Shown in pieces: positions 22,382 through 32,000 of a DNA stretch of 32,000 nucleotides. The notes below the pieces were generated by a model. That model searched no databases. It was not told the origin of the DNA and was given only the letters and a program-made list of their open reading frames with translations. The stretch lies in NCBI RefSeq assembly GCF_000027325.1, contig NC_000908.2:30001-62000 (forward strand), in the 5' to 3' direction. Each line of letters begins with the position of its first letter. The first letter of the stretch is position 1. The translations under genes and the position numbers were made by a program. Source of the DNA: Mycoplasmoides genitalium G37. GTDB taxonomy: Bacteria; Bacillota_I; Bacilli_A; Mycoplasmatales; Mycoplasmoidaceae.

Positions 22382-23219
22382 GAATTTAATTAAAAACAGT
22401 TATTTCTTTCTGTTAATAACTTTAATCTATTTACCACTTTTAATAGTTGTACTTGTTAGTTTAAACGGTTCTTCTTCAAGAGGAAATATAGTGCTTGATT
22501 TTGGTAATGTTTTAAATCCTAATCCTGATTCTAAATCTGCTTATTTAAGATTAGGTGAAACTGATTTTGCAACACCACTAATAAATTCAATCATTATAGG
22601 TGTGATCACTGTTTTAGTGTCTGTTCCTATTGCTGTTATCAGTGCGTTTGCGCTTTTAAGAACAAGGAATGCTTTAAAAAAGACAATCTTTGGAATTACT
22701 AATTTTTCTTTAGCAACTCCTGATATTATTACTGCTATCTCTTTAGTGTTGTTATTTGCTAACACTTGATTAAGTTTTAACCAGCAGTTAGGTTTTTTTA
22801 CCATTATTACTTCCCATATCTCTTTTTCAGTGCCTTATGCATTGATTTTGATTTACCCTAAAATTCAAAAATTGAATCCTAATTTAATTCTTGCTTCTCA
22901 AGATTTAGGCTATTCGCCTTTAAAAACTTTTTTCCATATTACTCTACCTTATCTAATGCCAAGTATTTTTTCAGCAGTACTAGTAGTATTTGCAACTAGT
23001 TTTGATGATTATGTAATTACCTCTTTAGTACAAGGATCAGTAAAAACTATAGCAACTGAACTCTATTCATTTAGAAAAGGAATTAAAGCATGGGCAATCG
23101 CCTTTGGGTCTATTCTCATATTGATTAGTGTCTTAGGAGTCTGTTTAATAACCCTGCAAAAGTATTTAAGGGAAAAAAGAAAGGAAATAATCAAAATAAG
23201 ACAATGAAAAAACAGTTAA
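22365..23219 (+). CDS. potC: Spermidine/putrescine ABC transporter permease
   Basis: 284 aa with TGA=Trp: [37 protein letters not shown]...; EAA loop [41 protein letters not shown]. Confidence 0.94.
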
Positions 23220-24655
23220 AATATTGCTTTTTCTCACTTTTTGTTAGTCTCTCATCAATATTGAGTAGTTGTGGTTCAACAACATTTGTACTAGCTAACT
23301 TTGAATCTTATATTTCGCCCTTATTGCTAGAAAGAGTACAAGAAAAACATCCCTTAACTTTCTTGACTTATCCTAGTAATGAAAAACTAATTAATGGTTT
23401 TGCTAACAACACTTATTCAGTAGCAGTAGCATCTACTTATGCAGTTAGTGAATTGATAGAAAGGGATCTATTATCACCAATAGATTGAAGTCAGTTTAAT
23501 CTGAAAAAAAGTAGTAGTTCAAGTGATAAAGTAAATAATGCCAGTGATGCAAAGGATTTGTTTATTGATTCAATTAAAGAGATCAGTCAACAAACCAAAG
23601 ATAGTAAAAACAATGAATTACTGCATTGAGCAGTTCCTTATTTTCTTCAAAACTTAGTGTTTGTTTATCGTGGTGAAAAAATTAGTGAACTTGAACAGGA
23701 AAATGTTTCATGAACTGATGTAATTAAAGCAATTGTGAAACACAAAGATCGCTTTAATGACAATAGGTTAGTTTTCATTGATGATGCTAGAACGATCTTT
23801 TCACTTGCTAACATCGTTAATACTAACAACAATTCAGCTGATGTTAATCCAAAGGAAGATGGAATTGGTTATTTCACTAATGTCTATGAAAGCTTTCAAA
23901 GACTTGGATTAACAAAATCTAATTTAGATAGTATCTTTGTTAATTCTGATTCCAATATTGTGATCAATGAATTGGCAAGTGGTAGAAGACAAGGAGGAAT
24001 TGTTTACAATGGTGATGCAGTGTATGCTGCATTGGGCGGTGATTTACGTGATGAATTGAGTGAAGAACAGATTCCTGATGGGAACAACTTTCACATTGTG
24101 CAACCCAAAATTTCCCCAGTTGCTTTAGATCTTTTGGTTATCAATAAACAACAATCTAATTTTCAAAAAGAAGCACATGAGATCATTTTTGATCTTGCTT
24201 TGGATGGTGCTGATCAAACTAAAGAACAGTTAATTAAAACTGATGAAGAATTGGGTACTGATGATGAAGACTTTTACTTAAAAGGAGCGATGCAAAACTT
24301 TAGTTATGTGAACTATGTTTCACCATTAAAAGTAATATCTGATCCAAGTACTGGAATAGTCAGTTCCAAAAAGAATAATGCTGAAATGAAAAGTAAACAA
24401 ATGTCAACTGATCAAATGACTAGTGAAAAAGAATTTGATTATTACACTGAAACACTTAAAGCATTATTAGAGAAAGAAGATAGTGCAGAATTAAATGAAA
24501 ATGAAAAAAAACTAGTTGAAACCATTAAGAAAGCTTACACTATTGAAAAAGATAGTTCAATTCGGTGAAACCAATTGGTCGAAAAACCAATTTCTCCCTT
24601 ACAACGTAGTAATTTATCGTTATCTTGATTAGACTTTAAATTACACTGGTGATAA
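23204..24655 (+). CDS. potD: Putative spermidine/putrescine-binding lipoprotein (PotD-like)
   Basis: 483 aa with TGA=Trp: [41 protein letters not shown] (lipobox SSC); last gene of the potABC cluster; [25 protein letters not shown] resembles PotD-type binding proteins. Confidence 0.88.
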
Positions 24656-24656
24656 T

Positions 24657-25604
24657 ATGGAACAACCGTTGTGTGTTTTAGGGATTGAAACAACCTGTGA
24701 TGATACAGGTCTTAGTATTGTCATTGATCAAAAAATCAAGAGTAACATTGTTATCTCTTCTGCTAACTTACATGTAAAAACAGGAGGAGTTGTACCTGAA
24801 ATTGCAGCACGATGCCACGAACAAAATCTCTTTAAAGCAATAAGAGATTTAAATTTTGAGATAAGAGATTTATCTCACATTGCTTATGCATGTAATCCTG
24901 GGTTAGCAGGATGTTTACATGTGGGAGCCACTTTTGCTAGAAGCTTAAGTTTCTTATTAGACAAACCATTGTTACCCATCAACCATCTTTATGCGCATAT
25001 CTTTTCTTGTTTAATTGATCAAGATTTAAATAAGCTGCAATTACCAGCATTAGGCCTTGTAATTTCAGGTGGACATACTGCCATTTATCTAGTTAAATCA
25101 TTTTATGAACTTGAACTAATTGCTGAAACTAGTGATGATGCAATTGGTGAAGTTTATGACAAGATAGGCAGAGCAATGGGCTTTGATTATCCTGCTGGTA
25201 GTAAAATTGATAGTCTTTTTAATAAAGAATTAGTTAAACCTCACTATTTCTTTAAACCTTCTACTAAGTGAACTAAGTTTTCCTATTCTGGTTTAAAATC
25301 TCAGTGTTTAAACAAGATTAAACAAATAAGTGCTAATAAAACCCGAATTGATTGGAGTGAATTAGCATCCAATTTTCAAGCTACTATTATTGATCATTAC
25401 ATTGATCATGTTAAAAATGCAATTAAAAAATTTGCCCCTAAAATGTTGTTAGTAGGAGGTGGAGTTAGTGCCAATTCTTATCTATCTAACAGAATTAGTA
25501 CATTAAATTTACCCTTTTTAATTGCTGATAGCAAATACACCAGTGATAATGGAGCAATGATTGGTTTTTATGCATCACTTTTAATTAATGGCGATAAGAA
25601 TTAA
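24657..25604 (+). CDS. tsaD: tRNA N6-threonylcarbamoyladenosine synthase subunit TsaD (Gcp/Kae1)
   Basis: 315 aa: [101 protein letters not shown]. Confidence 0.97.
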
Positions 25605-26739
25605 AAGTACAAGAGTTGGTAGATTTGTTTCTGAATCAGTGGGATTAGGTCATCCTGATAAAATTTGTGATCAGATTGCAGATAGTATCTTAGACCAATG
25701 TTTACTACAGAGTAAAACTAGTCATGTAGCATGTGAAGTCTTTGCTTCTAAAAACCTTATTTTAATAGGTGGTGAGATTTCAACAAGTGGCTATGTTGAT
25801 GTTGTTCAAACTGCTTGAAGAATTTTAAGAAATTTAGGTTACAACGAGACTGATTTCAGTTTTTTAAGCTGTATCAACAACCAATCACTAGAAATTAATC
25901 AAGCAGTTTTAAAAAATAATGAGATTAATGCAGGAGATCAAGGCATTACTGTTGGTTATGCAGTGAATGAAACAAAGCAACTAATGCCTTTAGGAGTTTT
26001 ACTAGCACACTCGTTTTTAAAACAAGCAGAAAAACTAACAAAACAATTTGATTTTTTAAAAAATGATATGAAAAGTCAAGTGGTTTTAAACTACAGTTTA
26101 AACCAAGTTGAATGTGAAGAAGTTTTACTATCAATTCAACACACTAATGCTATTAGTTTAACAGAATTGAGAAAAGTGATTGAAAATAATGTAATTCTAC
26201 CTGTTTTAAACCAATATGGTTTTCAAGATAAAAAGCCAACTTGTTTAGTGAATCCTGGTGGTTCTTTTGTTTTAGGTGGACCTATGGCAGATACTGGACT
26301 AACTGGTAGAAAAATCATTGTTGACACCTATGGTCCATATGCTCACCATGGTGGTGGTAGCTTTAGTGGCAAAGATCCTAGTAAGGTGGATAGAACAGGT
26401 GCTTATTTTGCACGTTTTATCGCAAAACATATTGTAAGTTTAGGCTGGGCCAGTGAGTGTGAAGTCAGTATTAGCTGAGTCTTTTCAAAACCCAATCCAC
26501 AATCTATTACTGTTAAGTGTTTTAACACTAACATACAGTATGATGAAGTGTTAATTAATAGAGTTGTAAATAACTATTTCAACTGATCGATTACTAAAAT
26601 TATTGACAAGCTAAAATTACTTGATTTTGTTAAGTATTCTGATTATGCAGTTTATGGACATTTTGGTAATGATCTTTCACCATGAGAACAGCCCACTGAA
26701 TTGGATAAATTAGAATGCTTAATCAAAAATTTCCATTAG
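25588..26739 (+). CDS. metK: S-adenosylmethionine synthetase
   Basis: 383 aa with TGA=Trp: [80 protein letters not shown]. Confidence 0.97.
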
Positions 26740-26972
26740 ATCCTAATAAAAAAAAGGAACAACAAGGCGTAGTAAAACCAAATCTACCGGTTGTTAAAGA
26801 AAAGAAAAAACAGCCATTTAAAAAACCAAATTGGAGTGAATTTAAGCTGTTCAACTTTTTTAAAAAGCACACTTATTTTTGCTTGGTTGTATTAGCTTTT
26901 CTTATCTTGATTATTTTACTTAGCAGCTTATTTGCTATTCCACTTAGCCAAATACCTTCAAGTACTGTTTAA
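26715..26972 (+). CDS. Small hypothetical single-pass membrane protein
   Basis: 85 aa: Pro/Lys-rich basic N-terminus, then YFCLVVLAFLILIILLSSLFAI transmembrane segment. ATG start; overlaps the metK 3' end (25 nt) and the convergent ffh 3' end (4 nt). Confidence 0.6.
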   Translation: MLNQKFPLDPNKKKEQQGVVKPNLPVVKEKKKQPFKKPNWSEFKLFNFFKKHTYFCLVVLAFLILIILLSSLFAIPLSQIPSSTV

Positions 26973-28309
26973 AAGAATTGTCCAAATCCACCAAACGGGT
27001 TACTACCTGTTTTTAATAGTTTACCCATTTCTGTTGCTTTTAGTTGCATCTTATTTCATTCCTTCATCAGTTTGTTTAACTCATCCATTTTTCTCCCTGA
27101 TCCTTTTATGATGCGCTGTTTTCTATTAGGATCACGATTAATTAATTTGGGATGTCTCCTTTCTTCTCTAGTCATAGAGTTAATTAAAACCTTTCATAGT
27201 TCAATTTTGTTTTCAATTAATTCAGCATTTTCTTCTGATACAGAAAAGTTAGCAGGCAACATTTTTATCAGTGAACTGACACTTCCCATTTTGTGCATTT
27301 GTTGCATGTAGATCAAAAGATCTTCTAAATCCATTTTTCCCAAAAACATCTTGCTGATGGTTTTAGTTAAATCTTTTTTATCAAAAACTTGTTCAGCTTT
27401 TTCAACTAAACTCATTACATCACCCAAACCTAAGATCCGATTGGCTATCCTTTCAGGATGAAATTGTTCCAATCCATCTAATTTTTCAGAAACACCAATT
27501 AATTTAATGGGTACTTGTAAAAGTGAAGCTAATGAAAGTGCAGCTCCTGCTCTAGCATCACTGTCTAATTTACTGATAATAAATCCAGTTAGTTTTAAAC
27601 GTTTGTGGAACGTTTGAGCAACATTGATAATTTCCTGACCGCTTAATCCATCTACTACCATGATAATTTCATCAGGATTTAATTCATTTTTAACACTTAC
27701 CAATTCATCCATTAATGTTTCATTTGTTTGTAATCTACCAGCGGTATCACAAATGATTGTTTGACATTTTGCAGTTTTAAAAGCACTGAGTGCTGCTTTT
27801 GTTGTTTTAGCAACTGGTTGAGTGCCTTGTGCAAAAAATACGCTGTTAGTTTGTTGTGAAAGCGTTTCAAGTTGTTCAATGGCAGCGGGTCTGTAGATGT
27901 CCAAGCCTACTAACATTGTTTTTTGCTTGTATTTCTTTTCAAGTCAATAAGCTAGTTTGCCACAAGTTGTTGTTTTACCTGATCCTTGTAAACCAACCAT
28001 CATTATTTTTAAAGGTCTTTTTTCATTTAGTTCTTGGTTGGGTTGGCTTAAGATATTAATTAGTTCTGTTTTGATTGTTTTTAATAGAGACTTTTGCAAA
28101 TCTTGACCAGGTTCAATGGTTTGTCCTACTGTTTTATCTCTAATTGCTTTGATGAAATTTTTAACAACAAGCAGGTTAACATCAGCATCAAGCAATGCAA
28201 TTCTAATCTCTTTTAGAACTAACTCTACATCTTTCTCAGTGATCGTTTGAGCGTTAATTTTTTTTTGCATCGTGCGCATAACGATGCTTGATAACATTGC
28301 TTTGAACAT
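26969..28309 (-). CDS. ffh: Signal recognition particle protein Ffh
   Basis: 446 aa with TGA=Trp: [60 protein letters not shown]-terminal M domain. Confidence 0.97.
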
Positions 28310-28361
28310 GATTTTTAATTATTTATTATTAAATAATGTTTTAATAAAACAATATTGCAAT

Positions 28362-29078
28362 ATGACCCCACATATAAGTGCTAAGAAAGATGACATTAGC
28401 AAAGTTGTTTTAATGCCAGGTGATCCATTGAGAGCTAAATGGATAGCTGAGCAATTCTTAGATCAAGCTAAATTAGTCAATGAAGTGAGGGGAATGTTTG
28501 CTTATACTGGGCAGTATAAATCTAAAACAGTTACAGTAATGGGCCATGGAATGGGGATCCCTTCTATTGGAATTTATTCATATGAGTTGATGAATTTTTA
28601 TGAGGTTGAAACTATCATTAGAATCGGAAGTTGTGGTGCTTTAGCACCGCAATTAAAATTAAAAGATCTTGTTATTGCTTCAAAAGCATGAAGTGAGTCT
28701 ATTTATGCTAAAGACATGGGTGTTGAAATTCCAGAAGATAAGATCTTATTTGCAACAAGTTCTTTAGTGGAATTAGCAAAAGAAACTGCGATTAAGAACA
28801 AGCTTGATTTTCATGAAGGATTAGTATTTTGTGAGGATGCTTTTTATCAAACTAGAAAAGATGTAATTAGTCTTGCTAAAGAAAAAAATAGTTTAGCAGT
28901 TGAAATGGAAGCACATGCACTTTATGCTAATGCAATCCTGTTGAAGAAAAAAGCACTTACACTCTTAACAGTATCTGATTCTCTAGTAACTCATGAAGCA
29001 CTTAGTTCTGAATTAAGACAAAAGTCATTTAAGCAAATGGCTTTATTAGCACTTGAAATGACTCAAAAACTAATCTAA
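28362..29078 (+). CDS. deoD: Purine nucleoside phosphorylase
   Basis: 238 aa: [81 protein letters not shown]. Confidence 0.96.
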
Positions 29079-29081
29079 TCT

Positions 29082-29753
29082 ATGAAATTAGAATACAACC
29101 GGATTATTGATAGCACCTTAGTCAAAGCTGATACGCTTCCCCATGAAATAGATACTTTATGTGCTGATGCTCATAAATACCAGTTTTTTGCAGTGTGTGT
29201 TAATCCTAGTTATGTTAGTTATGCTAAAAACATCTTGAAAAATACTGCAGTTCAACTCTGTTGTGTTGTTGGTTTCCCCTTAGGACAAACAACCCAAAAA
29301 CAGAAGGTATATGAAGCTAAGATTGCTATTAAAGAGGGAGCGGATGAAATTGATATGGTAATGAATATTGCTGAGTTTAAAAAACGTTGTGCTTGTGTTA
29401 TTACTGAAATTAGAGCTGTTAAAAAAGTGTGTGGCAAGCGTAAATTAAAAGTAATTATTGAAACTGCACTTTTAACAAATGATGAAATCAAAGATGCAGT
29501 TAATGTTTGCATTGATGGCAATGCAGATTATGTTAAAACTTCCACTGGTTTTTCTTTCCGTGGTGCATCTTTAGAAGATGTTCAGATTATGAATAATGCT
29601 GCAGCAAATTTAATTAAAATCAAAGCTTCAGGTGGGATTAAAACAGCAAAGCAATTTATAGATTTATTTCAAGCTGGAGCTAGTAGAATTGGAACTTCAA
29701 ATGCGGTCCAAATAATGCAAGAATTAAAAAAAATGAACCATGAATATCATTAA
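29082..29753 (+). CDS. deoC: Deoxyribose-phosphate aldolase
   Basis: 223 aa: [77 protein letters not shown]. Confidence 0.97.
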
Positions 29754-31005
29754 TTTAATTAATAAAAAACAACGCGGAAAAGCTTTAAATTTAGCTGAAA
29801 TCAATTGGTTTGTTAATGCTGTTTTAAACAAAACCATTGCTGATTATCAAATTACTGCATTTTTGATGGCTATTTGGTTTAAAGGGATGAACCCAAATGA
29901 ACTTTTTTTATTAACAAAAGCAATGGTGGATACTGGTGAAATTATTAAGTTTAATCACCATGGCAAGATTAGTGTTGATAAACATTCAACTGGTGGTATT
30001 GGTGATAAGGTTTCTTTAGCATTGGTTCCTATCTTAACTAGTTTAGGATTTAGTGTTGCTAAATTATCAGGAAGAGGCCTTGGTTATACTGGTGGAACAA
30101 TTGATAAATTAGAAGCAGTTGGAGTTAAAACAGAATTAACTGACCAACAAGCACAAGCATGTTTAGATAAAAATGATTGTTTTATCATCGGACAAAGTAA
30201 GGACATCGCACCAGTTGATAAAGTACTTTATGGTTTAAGAGATATTACTGGAACAGTTGATAGTTTGCCTTTAATTGCATCTAGTATTATGTCTAAAAAG
30301 CTAGCAGTTATGAACGAGTATATTTTCATTGATCTTAAATATGGAAAAGGTGCCTTTTGTAAAACTAAGAAAATTGCTAACGAACTTGCAAAACTGATGC
30401 AAAGTATTGCTAAAAGTTTTAAAAGAAAGCTGTCTGTTAAATTAAGTGATATGAATCAAGTACTTGGTAAAGCTGTTGGCAATGTAATTGAAGTTAATGA
30501 AGCTGTTAACTTTCTAAAACAAGATTTAGATCAAGTAGGACAAGATTTTATTGATTTAATGCAAACAATTGTTATTAACATTCTACTTGAAACAAAACAA
30601 GCAAAAACCAAACAAAAGGCTATTGAACTTTATCAGGATGTTTTAACTAGTAAAAAAGCATGAAATCGCTTTTTATCTTTTATTGAATCTCAAGGAGGAA
30701 ATGTTGAATTATTTACTCAAAAAGAAGGTTTTTTTAAACCTAAGTATAAGGCATCTATAAAAGCTGAAAAAAGTGGTATACTACATTTTACTGATCCAAT
30801 TGATTTAGCTAAAATTGGGATTAATCTAGGGGCAGGTAGGATGAAGAAAACAGATCAAATTGATCCAATGGCAGGGTTATTTTTAATGAAAAAAGATAAT
30901 GAGTCTGTGGCAGTTGGAGACACTGTATTAAACCTGTATAGTTCTAGTCCTATTAGCAATGAATATATCTCTGCTGCTCAAAAAACAATAATTATTAATA
31001 AATAA
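29740..31005 (+). CDS. deoA: Pyrimidine-nucleoside/thymidine phosphorylase
   Basis: 421 aa with TGA=Trp: [60 protein letters not shown]. Confidence 0.95.
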
Positions 31006-31013
31006 AAATTCCT

Positions 31014-31406
31014 ATGAAGGTGAATTTAGAGTGGATAATTAAACAGTTACAAATGATAGTTAAAAGAGCATATACTCCCTTTTCTAACTTTAAAGTTGCA
31101 TGTATGATTATTGCTAACAACCAAACTTTTTTTGGAGTTAACATTGAAAATTCTTCCTTTCCAGTAACTTTGTGTGCTGAAAGAAGCGCCATTGCTAGCA
31201 TGGTTACAAGTGGTCATAGGAAAATTGATTATGTTTTTGTTTACTTCAATACTAAAAATAAGAGTAACTCACCCTGTGGAATGTGCAGACAAAACTTACT
31301 GGAATTTTCCCATCAAAAAACAAAGCTTTTTTGTATTGATAATGATAGTAGTTATAAACAATTTTCCATTGATGAATTATTAATGAATGGTTTTAAAAAG
31401 AGCTAA
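31014..31406 (+). CDS. cdd: Cytidine deaminase
   Basis: 130 aa: YTPFSNFKVACMI, GVNIENSSFPVTLCAERSAIASM (C-A-E), PCGMCRQNLLEF. Confidence 0.96.
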   Translation: MKVNLEWIIKQLQMIVKRAYTPFSNFKVACMIIANNQTFFGVNIENSSFPVTLCAERSAIASMVTSGHRKIDYVFVYFNTKNKSNSPCGMCRQNLLEFSHQKTKLFCIDNDSSYKQFSIDELLMNGFKKS

Positions 31407-32000
31407 TGGATAAACTTAGATTAGAAGTTGAAAGATGGTTAAATCATCCTAATGTTAATTGGGAGTTAAAACAACAAATTAAGGAGTTGAATGAATCAGA
31501 AATTCAAGAACTTTTTAGTTTGGAAAAACCTTTATTTGGCACTGCAGGTGTAAGAAACAAAATGGCACCAGGTTATCATGGTATGAATGTTTTTTCTTAT
31601 GCCTATTTGACCCAAGGTTATGTTAAGTACATTGAATCCATCAATGAACCAAAGCGTCAACTACGGTTTTTAGTAGCACGTGATACAAGAAAAAATGGTG
31701 GTTTATTTTTAGAAACGGTTTGTGATGTAATTACATCTATGGGTCATTTGGCTTATGTGTTTGATGATAACCAGCCAGTTTCAACACCTCTAGTGTCCCA
31801 TGTCATTTTTAAATATGGTTTTAGTGGAGGTATTAATATCACAGCTAGCCATAACCCTAAAGATGATAATGGTTTTAAGGTTTATGATCATACTGGTGCA
31901 CAGCTTTTAGACACACAAACAAACCAATTGTTAAGTGATTTACCTTGTGTTACATCTATGCTAGATTTGGAATTACAACCAAATCCAAAGTTTGTCCATA
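31406..32000 (+). CDS. manB: Phosphohexomutase family protein (phosphoglucomutase/phosphomannomutase-like), N-terminal part, truncated by window
   Basis: MDKLRLEVERWLNHPNVNWELKQQ...LFGTAGVRNKMAPGYHGMNVFSYAYLTQG...FLVARDTRKNGG...GGINITASHNPKDDNGFKVYD (phosphoserine loop). ATG overlaps the cdd stop by 1 nt. Confidence 0.93.
   Translation, partial: MDKLRLEVERWLNHPNVNWELKQQIKELNESEIQELFSLEKPLFGTAGVRNKMAPGYHGMNVFSYAYLTQGYVKYIESINEPKRQLRFLVARDTRKNGGLFLETVCDVITSMGHLAYVFDDNQPVSTPLVSHVIFKYGFSGGINITASHNPKDDNGFKVYDHTGAQLLDTQTNQLLSDLPCVTSMLDLELQPNPKFVH

Noticed and set aside
22541-22804. Minus-strand 87-aa ORF (also 25946-26134 -, 29252-29521 -)
   Set aside because: Antisense to potC, metK and deoC respectively; composition simply mirrors the coding strand.
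27072-28059. Plus-strand ORFs 27072-27311 and 27856-28059
   Set aside because: Antisense to ffh, whose coding frame is certain.
1-32000. CRISPR array, transposase, restriction-modification, toxin-antitoxin, prophage, or MgPa-type adhesin repeats
   Set aside because: I looked for direct-repeat arrays, transposase or nuclease motifs and long duplicated blocks and found none. Nearly all sequence is explained by housekeeping and metabolic genes.

Overview
The window is a gene-dense, AT-rich stretch of a Mycoplasma chromosome. In-frame TGA must be read as Trp throughout. Gene order and protein lengths match what I remember of the Mycoplasma (Mycoplasmoides) genitalium MG_026-MG_053 region; that identification is from memory, not a database search. 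Once TGA is read as Trp, the fragmented ORF track joins into about 26 genes. In order they are: efp (C-terminal end), NusB-fold protein, membrane protein, DJ-1/PfpI protein(-), upp(-), polC(-), MG032-family protein, glpF, tdk(-), hisS, aspS, a nicotinate/nicotinamide phosphoribosyltransferase, glpK(-), FAD glycerol-3-P oxidase(-), a lipoprotein, ptsH, potA/potB/potC/potD, tsaD, metK, a small membrane ORF, ffh(-), deoD, deoC, deoA, cdd, and a phosphohexomutase (N-terminal end). I saw no CRISPR array, transposon, prophage, tRNA/rRNA gene, or convincing new defence or mobile system. The best leads are: (1) the PncB-annotated gene has NAMPT/NadV-type motifs; (2) PotA carries a coiled-coil insertion of about 215 aa; (3) a 17-A tract and inverted repeat lie in the divergent polC/MG_032 promoter region; (4) the orphan lipoprotein looks like a diverged Bmp/PnrA nucleoside-binding protein; (5) a small single-TM ORF is wedged between metK and ffh; (6) the deo cluster has a hexomutase where DeoB would be expected.
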